Origin: Candidatus Omnitrophota bacterium
GTDB lineage: Bacteria; Omnitrophota; Gorgyraeia; Zapsychrales; JAHFFX01
Assembly (NCBI GenBank): GCA_023247705.1
Contig: JAHFFY010000007.1
Span: 6,934-70,933 of the forward strand
Reading direction: 5' to 3'
Length of the DNA stretch: 64,000 nucleotides
Below are positions 30,401 to 40,355 of this stretch, in pieces. The notes under the pieces were generated by a model. The model searched no databases. It was given only the letters and a program-made list of their open reading frames with translations, and was not told the DNA's origin. A program made the translations under genes and the position numbers. Every line of letters begins with the position of its first letter. The stretch's first letter is position 1.

Positions 30401-32052
30401 TCACGATTTAACCGGGAATAAAAAAAAATCGTCAACCCCAAAACACAAAGACTCAAAAACATGATGACAAACGGATGGTTAAGCGACCACTGCAATCTTC
30501 GTTCATACCAGCGATGCAATGCGTTCAATCCGCGATCAAAGTAATAGACCAAACCTCTCTTCTGTTCATCGTGCGCAACACCGCGCAGAATCCTGGAGGC
30601 CACCATCGGAGCCAGCGACAACGCGACAAACGCCGAGATCAACACCGAGAAAGAGATCGCCACGGCGAATTCGATAAACAACCGTCCGGTCACACTGGTC
30701 TGAAACGCCATCGGAAAAAAAACCGCGACCAGCGCAACCGTAGTCGCAATGACGGCAAAACCGATTTCTTTCATCCCCTGAATCGCCGCCGGCATGGCGG
30801 ACATTCCCTCTTCGATATGCCTGAAAATATTTTCCAACACGATAATGGCGTCATCGACCACCAAACCAATCGCCAGGACAAACGCCAGCATCGTGACAAT
30901 ATTAATAGAGTAACCGAATAAATATAGAACACCGAATGTCGCGATAATTGAGATGGGAATCGTAACTGCTGGGATAAATGTTGACCGGATATTGTGCAAA
31001 AAAATAAAAATTGTCACAACGACGAGAAGAAAAGCAATCGCCAGCGTCCCCCAAACCTCTTTAATGGATTTCTCCACGTAAACGGATTCATCGTAAGGAA
31101 CCGAAGTATTAATGCCGACCGGCAATGTGGGTTTCAGACGTTCCAGTTCTTTCTTGATTCCATGGGCAACATCGATTGTGTTCGCCTTGGATTGTTTGAT
31201 GACCCCGATCCCGACGCAGGGTTTGGAATTATAGCGTGCAATCGAGCGTTCATCCTCAACTCCGACAGCCGCATAACCGACATCGCGCAACCGCACGAAG
31301 GCGGACACCTCTTGTTTAATGACGAGATCATTGTATTCCTCGGGTGTTTTCAATTCACCCAAAGTCTCAATCGAAAGTTCCCGCTGCCAGCTTTCGACCC
31401 GGCCGCTGGGTAATTCCACGTTTTGATTTTTCAAAGCGCTTTCCACATCCATAACCGTGATACCGCGCGCCGCCATTTTTTCCGAATCAAGCCACAACCG
31501 GATGGCAAAACGCTTGGCGCCGCCGAAGATAATGGAACTTACCCCCGGCACGGTTTGCAGTCGGTCCTTCAAGATATTCTCACCGATCGTGGTCAATTCC
31601 AGTGTTGAGAAACGATCGCTGTACAAAGCGATCCATAAGACCGCTTGTGCATCGGCATCCTGTTTCGCAACGATCGGTTCATCGATATTTTCCGGCAACC
31701 TTCCCCGGACACGGGCGACACGGTCGCGGACATCCTGGGCCGCGAGCTCGATACCGCGGGAAAGATCAAACTCCAATGTGATCGTGCTGACCTGTTCCCG
31801 ACTCTCGCTCGTCATGGTTTTGATGCCTTCAATGGAATTCAAGGCCTCCTCGAGGGGTTCAGTCACCTGTGTTTCAATAACTTTAGCGCTGGCACCGGTA
31901 TAAATCGTGGAGACGTTGACAATCGGAGGATCGACGTCGGGTAATTCCCGGACAGGAAGTCGGGACAAACCGACCAGGCCAAACAAAATCAGCCCCAGAC
32001 TCATCATGGTGGCAAGGACAGGACGATTAATGCTAATTTCAGATAAGCGCAT
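27490..32052 (-). CDS. RND efflux permease (AcrB-like, aa 1-1040) read in frame into an outer-membrane factor (NodT/OprM-like lipoprotein, aa 1041-1520)
   Basis: 1520-aa continuous ORF; N-terminal 12-TM RND permease; internal MAPPTNLSNF...AAMILIVFLSGC lipobox signal peptide followed by a 480-aa OMF-like sequence; junction ...SPRKNK-M... sits in an A5 run. Confidence 0.75.
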   Translation of the reverse strand: MRLSEISINRPVLATMMSLGLILFGLVGLSRLPVRELPDVDPPIVNVSTIYTGASAKVIETQVTEPLEEALNSIEGIKTMTSESREQVSTITLEFDLSRGIELAAQDVRDRVARVRGRLPENIDEPIVAKQDADAQAVLWIALYSDRFSTLELTTIGENILKDRLQTVPGVSSIIFGGAKRFAIRLWLDSEKMAARGITVMDVESALKNQNVELPSGRVESWQRELSIETLGELKTPEEYNDLVIKQEVSAFVRLRDVGYAAVGVEDERSIARYNSKPCVGIGVIKQSKANTIDVAHGIKKELERLKPTLPVGINTSVPYDESVYVEKSIKEVWGTLAIAFLLVVVTIFIFLHNIRSTFIPAVTIPISIIATFGVLYLFGYSINIVTMLAFVLAIGLVVDDAIIVLENIFRHIEEGMSAMPAAIQGMKEIGFAVIATTVALVAVFFPMAFQTSVTGRLFIEFAVAISFSVLISAFVALSLAPMVASRILRGVAHDEQKRGLVYYFDRGLNALHRWYERRLQWSLNHPFVIMFLSLCVLGLTIFFYSRLNREFMPEEDKGRLFCIVVAPEGSTSEYTDRMVKKAEEIIAQTPEVEGYFSAVALARSGPGRAAEGLSFIRLKEDRKRHVRDIVGGPFGFGSKFFQNIEGAIVIPIIPKSIGGGFTQPFQLVLQGTDLNAISRYADELSGKLRTSGYLANVRSTFELNKPELRILIDRNRAAALGVSVEDISHTLQILFGGLDLSKLNLSGKEYDVIVQLKRESRLTPSDLERLYVRNVHGELIQLNNVVSYETGAGPSAIQHFNRFRSAIIEGTPVGVPLGVAVQKVQNLLKTDLPADFRYEWTGEARDLIESGRDIFIVLILAVLVIYMVLASQFESLVHPLTVMLTVPLAAFGAFGGLWCVSLIDHWGMTIPPGHWLSGKIPRIPAMGINLFSQIGFLLLIGLVTKNGILLVDFANQQIRKGKTAREAMLAAGLIRLRPILMTATATIAGILPIAIGFGAGGESRRPLGVAAVGGMLTSTFLTLFVIPVVYVLLSPRKNKMAPPTNLSNFNQSVIKTAGAAMILIVFLSGCMRAPRYHIPEASIPADWKTTDPAWKEASPRDHVAQGEWWMVFNDPLLNDLEKEAMHFNQDLKIALASLNQARAVAKLNQSAFYPEANLSAQYTRERTSQNTFGDFSPKNPSNSYEVPLDLSYEVDLWGRVKSSSDAALAEAQASEAAFQTVSLTLTADVARNYFMLRELESEVQILEKSMLLRTDALSVVENRFKAGLVSELDVSRAQTELAGVQAAKIDVARQRAEIENTLAVLCGKSAAEFKIETKPLDLIPPIIPPGLTSNLLERRPDIAEAERLMAAANAQIGVAQAAFFPKISLTGKTGFESMELSSLFNWESRMWSVGPDVFLPVFNGGKNKANLQAAKSQYDKAVATYRKRVLVAFGEVEDALVRIRLGREQWDIQKVVVDAAQQSAGMAKSRYSQGLVNFLEVADAERSRLQAELQSIQILNRSLVSTVQLIKALGGSWAQ

Positions 32053-32112
32053 ATGGGATAAATTATTTTTCTTCTTTGACCGAAGGATCAGCCGAGGCGG
32101 CCGCCGGGTCCT

Positions 32113-33216
32113 TCAGTGATTCTTCTTTTTTTCTTCCGACGGCCCTTCAAACTTAACGGACACCTTGGCGCCCGGAGCTAACTTCTGAAAACCTTCCACC
32201 ACAATCACGTCATTTTCCCAAATACCATCTAACACTTCCACCCAACCCGGGACACGGGTTCCTACTTTAATTTCTTTCATCTGAACACTTTGATCTTCCT
32301 GAACAACAAAAACAAAAACCGCATCGCCTTTCAAAATCAAAGCGGTCTCCGGGATCACAATCGCGTTCTCGTGCTGATTGATCGTCAGCTGAATATTGGC
32401 AAACATACCCGATCTCAATTTTCCCTCGGGGTTAACGATTTTAGCTTTAATCAAAGCTGTCCGTGTCGGTTCGTCAATTTGCGGATCGATAAAATAAACC
32501 TCACCGGTAAATGTCTCATCGGGATATGCCGCGATTTTTGTTTCAACCATTTGACCCTCTTTGATCTCCCTGAGATAACGCTCGGGCACGCGAACATCCA
32601 CTTTGATCGGATCCTGATTAATAATAAAAGTAAGCGCAGCGCCTTTAACGATAAACTGGCCGACGCTGACCAAGCGTTGTCCCATGATTCCGTCAAAAGG
32701 AGCCGAGATCGTTGTGTCGCGCAATTCTGCTTTATTGAGTTCGACGGCGGCTTGATTGACTTTAAGCGTCGCGGCGGACTGTTCAAATTCCTGCTGCGAG
32801 ACAGCACCCGTTGAAATCAACGATTGATAGCGTTCGTTTGTGGTTTCGGCTAATTTTAAATTCGCCTCGGCCTGATCCAGCGCAGCGCTGAGTTTCCGGG
32901 AATCAATCTGAATCAACACATCGTCTTTCTTGACATTTTGCCCTTCCTGAAATTTGATATCTTCGATTTGTCCATCAATTTCGCTGCGGATCTCGACGGT
33001 TTCATTCGCTTTTAAATCTCCTACTAATGTAATTTTCTCAGTGATTGTCTGTTTTTTCGCTTTCGAACCAACGATATTCACCCGCATCTCCATCGGCATC
33101 GCATTAGTTTTACCCTTGGCTTCGCAGCCCAAGAAAAAAAATCCCATAATCAAAATCATCAAACAACTAAGCCATCCGGCTTTTAAATCTAATTGACTAT
33201 GCATATCATATTCCAT
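32113..33216 (-). CDS. RND efflux periplasmic adaptor (membrane fusion protein, AcrA/HlyD family)
   Basis: 367 aa; N-terminal membrane anchor, coiled-coil region, beta-barrel and MP domains. Confidence 0.8.
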   Translation of the reverse strand: MEYDMHSQLDLKAGWLSCLMILIMGFFFLGCEAKGKTNAMPMEMRVNIVGSKAKKQTITEKITLVGDLKANETVEIRSEIDGQIEDIKFQEGQNVKKDDVLIQIDSRKLSAALDQAEANLKLAETTNERYQSLISTGAVSQQEFEQSAATLKVNQAAVELNKAELRDTTISAPFDGIMGQRLVSVGQFIVKGAALTFIINQDPIKVDVRVPERYLREIKEGQMVETKIAAYPDETFTGEVYFIDPQIDEPTRTALIKAKIVNPEGKLRSGMFANIQLTINQHENAIVIPETALILKGDAVFVFVVQEDQSVQMKEIKVGTRVPGWVEVLDGIWENDVIVVEGFQKLAPGAKVSVKFEGPSEEKKKNH

Positions 33217-33301
33217 TCCCTTTCGTCGTCAGAACCTCGACCTGTCTTCTCTAATACATACTCCCATGAGCGGTGCACAGGCCAAGTAAATGGTTGGTTA
33301 T

Positions 33302-33775
33302 TCAACTTAAATTCCGCGCAACCTTTCTTAAAACATTTTTACAAATCGTCATGTCCTTGATGCGAATCCCCTGCTGAGCTTCTTTGAGCATCTGCTGGAC
33401 CACACGCAACAATTCCTGCTGCAGTTCCTTCCCTTTATTCGTTAGATAAATTAATTTCAGGCGGCCATCTTGGCTATTGGGAATACGCACCACTAAATTG
33501 CGTTTTTCTAAACCATCAATCAAACGGGTGATACTTGTTTTATCCTTACAGGTAACGCCCGCGAGATCCTTTTGGCTCTGACCGTTTTTCTGCCAAAGGT
33601 TCATTAAAACCGCCCACTGCTCGCAGGTAACATTATGGCCCGCCTTTTCAAAATTGTGATTGAGCCGGTTGGCCATGGCACGGCCGGCTCGGCCGACGAT
33701 GTAGCCGAGCGATTCTTCGAGATGATAAAAAATGCTTTTTTTCATAGGCATATTAGTTGCATATACAACTTTCAA
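33302..33775 (-). CDS. MarR-family transcriptional regulator
   Basis: 157 aa winged-helix region (…VTCKDKTSITRLIDGLEKRNLVVRIPNSQDGRLKLIYLTNKGKEL); first gene of the efflux operon. Confidence 0.85.
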   Translation of the reverse strand: MKVVYATNMPMKKSIFYHLEESLGYIVGRAGRAMANRLNHNFEKAGHNVTCEQWAVLMNLWQKNGQSQKDLAGVTCKDKTSITRLIDGLEKRNLVVRIPNSQDGRLKLIYLTNKGKELQQELLRVVQQMLKEAQQGIRIKDMTICKNVLRKVARNLS

Positions 33776-34764
33776 AGTTTACAGGGAACTCCCGAAGTTG
33801 TCAAGCGCCAGCTTGCAAAATAAAAAACAATAATTGAAAATTATTTCTGAATTAAACGTAGGGGGCTGAAAAACCATCTCTAGGAACGCAATAAACGGCA
33901 GGAATAAATCCAACGATAACCGAACAGCGGTGACAATCATTAAAATTGGGGGAAAAAAATCGACGGGTAGAGTTTAAGGAGCGAGGAAGAGTCACGGAGG
34001 GTCATGGGCCATACCCTGCAGTTCTGTCCCTTAGACAGACAAGGGGCCCATGATGCCATTTTCCTGTTTCTCGATTCGAAATTCTATCTTCGAGATAAGA
34101 TCTAACGGGTGAACTGGTTTGACAATACATTTTTTAACTCCACACATTTTCATAAAAAGATCCTGTTCTTTAATTAAAAACTATCGCGTTTGAAGATTTC
34201 AATATCCCTTAACATACGCCAGATTCAAATATACTCGCTGCACTACACAACTGCGCGCGCGGCGCAAAATCAGGGAGGCCAATAAGATTACTCAAACGCG
34301 ATAGTCCTAAGTTTATATTGCTTATTGTATGATGAATGAGATCGAATTCTGTGGACAAACTCCATGATTCTTGTTTACATTGAGAGAAAAACGAGTCTTC
34401 AATAATTCGATTAAAAGTGACAAGGATTTTTGCCAAACTCATACTCCTTAGTTATTTTGCCAGAAATAAATTTTACTTGTTTATTATAAAAATGGGATCG
34501 AAAAGTGTACCGAGCAGATTCCTCTTTTATTTGACTTTTATCTACCTTTATTGATCTGGCTAAAAAAAAGGGGATCATTCACGACGTGACAATCAGCTCT
34601 TTTATTTTTTGCAACAGCATCTCTATCGGAACCGGTTTATTGAGGAACATAATTTGCTAAAACATGTTAAGTATACTGCGCATCAACGAAAAATAAAACA
34701 GATTTTTGCCGTACATGGTTTTATCTCGAGGAGAAATAAAATAGACATTTCTTCCAAATTATTC

Positions 34765-36582
34765 TTAAGGAAAACCTGATCCCTTCGGAATCTTGCAGGC
34801 ATCGCTCCAATTATAATCTGTTTCCAGGAGAAAAACAGTCTGGATAAACGCCAGATGCGAATAACCTTGGGGAAAATTCCCCGTCAACCGCTGTGTTGCC
34901 ATCTCAATATGCTCAGAGAATAATCCCAACGGATTGGCGCATTGAAGAATATTCTCAAACATGCCCCTGGCTTTTTCTTCTTCCCCGATCAAATACAGGG
35001 CATTGATCATCCAGAACGTGCAAACGATAAACGCATTCTCCGGAAAACCTAAACTATCATGGGCTATATAACGCATCGCAAAATTATTGCGAACCAAATC
35101 TTCATATATTCGCAGCACCGTGCTAATGATACGAGGATCCTTCTTATCCAGAAATCCGTAGTGGAGCATCAATAAATTAGCGGCATCCATCTCCTGGGAT
35201 CCATAATACATCGTGAAGGCTTGCTTTTTCTCATTCCACCCGTAAGTTAGAATATCCTGTTTGATCTCATGAGCCATCTTCAAACAATTCTGAGCGTACT
35301 TGGTTTTACCGACGTATTGCGCGATTTTAGCGGCCCTGTCCATGGCCACCCAGTTCATCATCTTGGAATGGACATAATGCTGGACAGCCCCTCGCTGTTC
35401 CCAAATCCCGCTGTCCGCATCGCGCCAGACCATCATCACCTTGTTCACTAAAGAACGCACAACCGCCCAAACCTCTTCATCAAATGAAATGGAAGGCCGC
35501 CGGTTTAAAATAAAATTTGTATAAATCGTCTCAATCAGTTCCCCGTAGAGATCGTTCTGTTTTTGGCGGTACGCATCATTTCCAATCCGTACCGGACGGG
35601 AATGTTCATATCCATTTAAATGATCCAAGATCTTTTCCGTTAATTCTTTCTCTCCATTAATCCCGTACATCACAGCGATATTTTCATGTTTAAGCAGCAT
35701 ACGATTTAAAATAAAATTCAGATAGCGTTCGGCCAATCGTTCATGCCCTAAACGGGAATAAAGATCAATAATCATGGAGGCATCCCGCACCCAACAGTAA
35801 CGGTAATCCCAATTCCGATCCTTGCCGATAATCTCCGGCAGGGATGTCGTCGGCGCAGCGATAACCGCACCCGTTCTCTGATAGGCCAATAATTTTAAGG
35901 TAATCGTGGAACGGATGACCATTTCCTGATAAGACTCAGGAAGTTTAGTCCGATAAACCCAGTCCAACCAATAACTTTTAGTTTTCTCGTACTCGACATA
36001 GATCTTATAAAGATTAATGGGCTCTAACTTCTCATGATAGGAAAGCAAAAAAAATGAAGACTCGCTGAGTTCGATGGGCTCCCCTTTAACTATTTTCTGG
36101 TGATCGAGATTGCTGTAAAGATAGAAACTATTATATTCACCTTTTTGTGAGGTGATTTTAATATAATCTTTTTCGAAATGGAACTGGGCGTTGCTTAACG
36201 CGTAATTAGGCCGGGGAATCAATTCGATGATGATTTGGGGCCGTCCTGAAATGACATGAATATCCCGATGGATTTCCGAAGGACAATGCGTTTCTCCCTG
36301 TGTTGTAAGAAAACGGGGCATATAATCATTGACCTCAAAGACGCCATGCCTGGTCTCGAAAATTGTTTTTATAATGGCGGTGTGAAAAATATAATGCTGT
36401 CTGATCGCAATGACATCGACACTGGAAATCTTAAAATAACCGCCCTTCTCATCGTCTAAAATGCGGGCGAACAAAGAAGGAGAATCAAAAAATGGCAGGC
36501 ATAACCAATCGATGCTGCAATCGGAAGAGATCAACGCAGAGCTTGTACAGTTCCCGATGATTCCGTAATGGTAGTTTTTCAT
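34765..36582 (-). CDS. glycoside hydrolase family 15 (glucoamylase/trehalase-like)
   Basis: 605 aa with an (alpha/alpha)6-barrel GH15-like C-terminus; start overlaps the otsB stop (ATGA). Confidence 0.75.
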   Translation of the reverse strand: MKNYHYGIIGNCTSSALISSDCSIDWLCLPFFDSPSLFARILDDEKGGYFKISSVDVIAIRQHYIFHTAIIKTIFETRHGVFEVNDYMPRFLTTQGETHCPSEIHRDIHVISGRPQIIIELIPRPNYALSNAQFHFEKDYIKITSQKGEYNSFYLYSNLDHQKIVKGEPIELSESSFFLLSYHEKLEPINLYKIYVEYEKTKSYWLDWVYRTKLPESYQEMVIRSTITLKLLAYQRTGAVIAAPTTSLPEIIGKDRNWDYRYCWVRDASMIIDLYSRLGHERLAERYLNFILNRMLLKHENIAVMYGINGEKELTEKILDHLNGYEHSRPVRIGNDAYRQKQNDLYGELIETIYTNFILNRRPSISFDEEVWAVVRSLVNKVMMVWRDADSGIWEQRGAVQHYVHSKMMNWVAMDRAAKIAQYVGKTKYAQNCLKMAHEIKQDILTYGWNEKKQAFTMYYGSQEMDAANLLMLHYGFLDKKDPRIISTVLRIYEDLVRNNFAMRYIAHDSLGFPENAFIVCTFWMINALYLIGEEEKARGMFENILQCANPLGLFSEHIEMATQRLTGNFPQGYSHLAFIQTVFLLETDYNWSDACKIPKGSGFP

Positions 36583-37388
36583 TCCCAGGACTCAACAGTT
36601 TTTAATTCTAGAATTTCTTCTAACAGCAGACTTACTTCTTTGATATCCTTTAAGAAATATTTAGCCTGAGATACTTCGGAATGCCCGACACAGATGGTAA
36701 TGCCTTCATCCTTTAACGCCTGAAACGCATCTTCATCCGTTTGATCATCACCGATATAAACAGGCAAAGTCGCTTTATTATCCAGAGTGAATCTCTGTCC
36801 ATTCAAAAACCACTTAACGATGGATCCTTTATCCCACTTAACCGGTGGGCTAATCTCAAAAACTTTCTTGCCGGTTTGAATACTGATTTCTTTCTTAACT
36901 AAATAAGGTTTGCAGATATGGTGAAAAATCGTATTGAATAGACCCAGATTATTTTCCGGCACCATACGATAATGAACACCGATCGACCATCCTTTGTCTT
37001 CAATGATTACGCCATGAATTTTAGTTAACTCTCTATCCAAGTCGTTTTTTATCCCTTGGAACAATCGTGTAATTCTGTCTTTATCCGGATTTTCAAAATG
37101 TATCTGGGGACTATCAATTTCAAACCCGTGATTACCGATATAAACTATATCGGCGATTCCGACTCTTTTTTTTATATCTGCGACCGCCCTGCCGCTGACA
37201 ATAATCAGTCGGCAAAACGGAAGACCTGACATTTCTTGCAGCAGCACTTTATTCTCTGCGGAAAGGAATGATTGATCAGGGATCTCCACAATCGGCGTCA
37301 ATGTTCCATCATAATCTAGAAATAAAAAAAGATATTTATCCCGCCAGGATTCTTTCAATGCGTTCCAATGATCAATAAAATAGTCCAT
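36579..37388 (-). CDS. otsB: trehalose-6-phosphate phosphatase (HAD-IIB)
   Basis: motif FLFLDYDGTLTPIV; probable start at the internal Met MDYFIDHW (37388), 10 nt after the otsA stop; the ORF track extends to 37469. Confidence 0.8.
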   Translation of the reverse strand: MDYFIDHWNALKESWRDKYLFLFLDYDGTLTPIVEIPDQSFLSAENKVLLQEMSGLPFCRLIIVSGRAVADIKKRVGIADIVYIGNHGFEIDSPQIHFENPDKDRITRLFQGIKNDLDRELTKIHGVIIEDKGWSIGVHYRMVPENNLGLFNTIFHHICKPYLVKKEISIQTGKKVFEISPPVKWDKGSIVKWFLNGQRFTLDNKATLPVYIGDDQTDEDAFQALKDEGITICVGHSEVSQAKYFLKDIKEVSLLLEEILELKTVESWE

Positions 37389-37398
37389 ACCTATGCCC

Positions 37399-38877
37399 CT
37401 AATCCCGAAACTCGAATTCCAATAATTCAGATATGATTTTGCCAGCCCAATGATAAATATTATTTTCATGTATGATTTTACGCATTTTGATCATTCGTTT
37501 ATTCCGATCATCTTCGGTTAAATTAAGCGCCTGAAAAATTCCTTCGCTGAATTCATCGCAATCATAAGGATTGATTAAGACCGCGTCCGTCAGTTCCCGC
37601 GCCGCGCCGGTAAACTGACTTAGAATAAGCATTCCCTTATGGTCTGACCGGCTGGAGATATATTCCTTGGCGACCAAATTCATCCCGTCATGGAGCGAAC
37701 TTACGATCGCCGCCGTGCTGATACGGTAAAGCGCTAATAATTCTATCAAAGAAAACTGCCGACGGACAAAAACAACCGGTTTCCAATGAGAGACCGCATA
37801 CTTCCAATTAATCTCCTCAACCAAAGCGTTGATCTCATCATTCAGTTCTTTATATTTTTTGATATGCAACCGAGTGATCACTCCTATTTGCAGGAATACA
37901 ACCTTGCCGTATAACTCTGAATGTTTTGCGAAAAGACGATCGATCGCGCGCAACTTATCCGGCAATCCCTTCGTATAATCAATTCGGTCCAATCCTACCA
38001 AAACTTGACGCTCTGAAAGTTCAAATTCCTGAATCAACGCATCCGCTTTCTCTTGGACCGCTACCGAATTGACTACTTCATTAATCCCGGTGAAATCCAC
38101 ACTAATCGGATAAGGTCGAATCAAAGTTTCGTGATCATTTTTAATGATCGAAACGCGCTCACGATCGATTTTACTCTCGATCTCCCGATCAATGGTTTCC
38201 AAAAAATTATTACAATGTTGCCGAATGTGAAAACCTAACAGATCATTGCTCAAAAGCCCCTCTAAAATTTCTTTTTTTTGCGGGCAAATTCTAAAGGCCT
38301 CGTGGCACGGCCAAGGGATATGCCAGAAATGAGCGGTAATGATTTGTCGGGGGGCTTTTTGTTTTAGATATTTCGGGAGGAGACAAAAATGATAATCCTG
38401 GATCCACACGAATGCCTTTCGATCTCCGATTTCATCGATGATCGCTTGGGCAAATTTTTCGTTCACGCGTTTATAACATTCCCAATCCTCCGACCTGAAA
38501 ATTGGTCTTTCGAAGGCCATATGGCATAACGGCCACAGCACTTCATTTGCATATCCATAATAATATCCTTGTTCCTCTTCTTTCGTCAGCCAAACGCGTT
38601 TGAGCGTGTAAGACGGTTGATCCGGAGGAACACGCACTTTTCCTTTTGAATCCGTAACATCGCGATCGGCATCGCCATGACCATAGGCGACCCATAAACC
38701 ATCGCAGCTTTGCATCACCGGGTCTAAGGCGCTGGTCACACCACCGATGCCCCGGATCCATTCGATGTTCCCTTTTTTCCGGACGTGCACATACGGCTCG
38801 CGGTTGGAAACAACGATAAAAAGATAGTCCTTCATTTTATCTTTAATCAAATTTTGTAAATTTTCTTTTTGCCACAT
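37399..38877 (-). CDS. otsA: alpha,alpha-trehalose-phosphate synthase (GT20)
   Basis: 492 aa; GT20 motifs VWIQDYHFCLLP and TAHFWHIPWP; TAG stop. Confidence 0.85.
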   Translation of the reverse strand: MWQKENLQNLIKDKMKDYLFIVVSNREPYVHVRKKGNIEWIRGIGGVTSALDPVMQSCDGLWVAYGHGDADRDVTDSKGKVRVPPDQPSYTLKRVWLTKEEEQGYYYGYANEVLWPLCHMAFERPIFRSEDWECYKRVNEKFAQAIIDEIGDRKAFVWIQDYHFCLLPKYLKQKAPRQIITAHFWHIPWPCHEAFRICPQKKEILEGLLSNDLLGFHIRQHCNNFLETIDREIESKIDRERVSIIKNDHETLIRPYPISVDFTGINEVVNSVAVQEKADALIQEFELSERQVLVGLDRIDYTKGLPDKLRAIDRLFAKHSELYGKVVFLQIGVITRLHIKKYKELNDEINALVEEINWKYAVSHWKPVVFVRRQFSLIELLALYRISTAAIVSSLHDGMNLVAKEYISSRSDHKGMLILSQFTGAARELTDAVLINPYDCDEFSEGIFQALNLTEDDRNKRMIKMRKIIHENNIYHWAGKIISELLEFEFRD

Positions 38878-39530
38878 AGGAATGGTTGGGTTGACTAAAC
38901 AACAGCCGATTAATAATGATTAAATTAACAAGAGAAGAATTAAAGAAAGATTAAAAAAGAATTAAAACTTATCGAATTTCTTCTTTAGGACGTCTTATTT
39001 CCTTTTGGCGGTATCAATCGTTTCGGAGAATTAAATAATGAACTCAATGGAAAGTATCTCAAAGGAACAAATCGATCTTGAACTCATTTTAAATTATACT
39101 CCTCATCCTGATTTTTCTGCAATTTTAATTATTCCTTAATCTCTCTTTAATGTGAAAATTTCTATACTATGTTCAAACTCTTTAAAAGAAAGGAACGAAA
39201 TATGACCACGACCGAGGCTGCGATCACCTTGTTGCATCTTTCAGATAAAGATTTAAAAAGAATAGGATTGCCGCAGTTAAAAAATTTTCTGGGAATGCTA
39301 AGATGCGTGACCCGTCAGCTTGAGCGCGAGATAATCCATCGAGAAATTCAAAGACAGGAACATGAATCAATTCTTAAATAACAAAGTGTCTTTGCGAAAA
39401 ACGATCTGAACCCAATTTGTCTTTCCGGTGTTGGAGCTGGGGTAACACTCATTCTAAAAGCAAAAATCCTCTCTCCTTCCATTCCTACCATACCAGCTCC
39501 ACGCCCTCCCCCTGAATCAAAAGAGCCGTC

Positions 39531-39627
39531 TTATTGAGCTTTTCTTTACCAATATTAAATCTCCCCACTCCGTCAAGAACAGTCGGGGGAGATTTAACAT
39601 TCCTTTTGCTAGAGAGAAGCTCAATAA
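39531..39627. repeat. ~100-bp nested palindromic intergenic repeat (copy B, second subfamily)
   Basis: TTATTGAGCTT..TTAAATCTCCCCAC...GGGGGAGATTTAA..AAGCTCAATAA. Confidence 0.7.
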
Positions 39628-39782
39628 TCCAAAAAAATTGCTCAAGCATTTCTTATGATTTGCAGGTTATCCTGTTTTAAAAAAGCCCCGGTTAATCGTA
39701 TGCAACAATCGAGTAACTCGGGGCATCATTCACGGAGAATTCGTGAACGAAAAAATGCGTTTGTCCAACATTTAAAAAATTT

Positions 39783-40172
39783 CTATAAATATTCCTGAAT
39801 TCTTTTCAAGATCACGCTTGCGGCTTGTTTGTCCGGGGTGACCCCTCCGACACGAACCTCCACCTTCGATGAATTCTCTCCAACCTTATGAATATCAACC
39901 CACATATCCCTTCCATCACTATAATCACCCTTCAGCTGCGTCACTTTGCTTTCCTTGACCTCTTTGATGATCTGCAGTTTAAGCGAGTCCAGAGCTCTTT
40001 GGGCGGCCGCGACCGTTTGCTCATAAGGCGAATGGAATTCCTGCGTTAATTTACCAGATAACCAGACAGCCGTTCCAGCACCGCCAGCGGCCCCGGCCAA
40101 TAATGCAACACAGCCAACAGAATTAATCAGAAAAAATGCTAACATGCCACCAACTAATATTTTCTTTATCAT
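39783..40172 (-). CDS. small lipoprotein of unknown function (DUF3568-like)
   Basis: 129 aa; signal peptide plus lipobox-like LINSVGC. Confidence 0.4.
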   Translation of the reverse strand: MIKKILVGGMLAFFLINSVGCVALLAGAAGGAGTAVWLSGKLTQEFHSPYEQTVAAAQRALDSLKLQIIKEVKESKVTQLKGDYSDGRDMWVDIHKVGENSSKVEVRVGGVTPDKQAASVILKRIQEYL

Positions 40173-40355
40173 ATGCTCTCCTTATGAAGGATCATTCTAT
40201 CAAAGCTCATAGGTTATCAAAAGATTTTGATCTTTTGGGTGGGGAGTCCCTCGACAATTATCGGGCCAAATAGAGTCGAGGGAACCAAGAATGAGTTGCT
40301 CATGAGCAACATCAGAATCCCACCATTATATTTTTAGTTATCCTATCAAGCCCGT

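Noticed and set aside
33941-33980. tmRNA-like 5' end (GGGGGAAAAAAATCGACGGG)
   Set aside because: No matching 3' acceptor/T-arm with CCA, and no tag-peptide reading frame (…ALAA-stop) within 400 nt on either strand.
34209-34442. 77-aa ORF in the gene-poor region
   Set aside because: No RBS, odd composition, and no similarity to any family. Treated as noncoding.
39169-39381. 70-aa plus-strand ORF (MFKLFKRKERNMTTTEAAITLL…)
   Set aside because: Isolated, with no RBS or recognisable domain. Possibly a real small protein, but unsupported.
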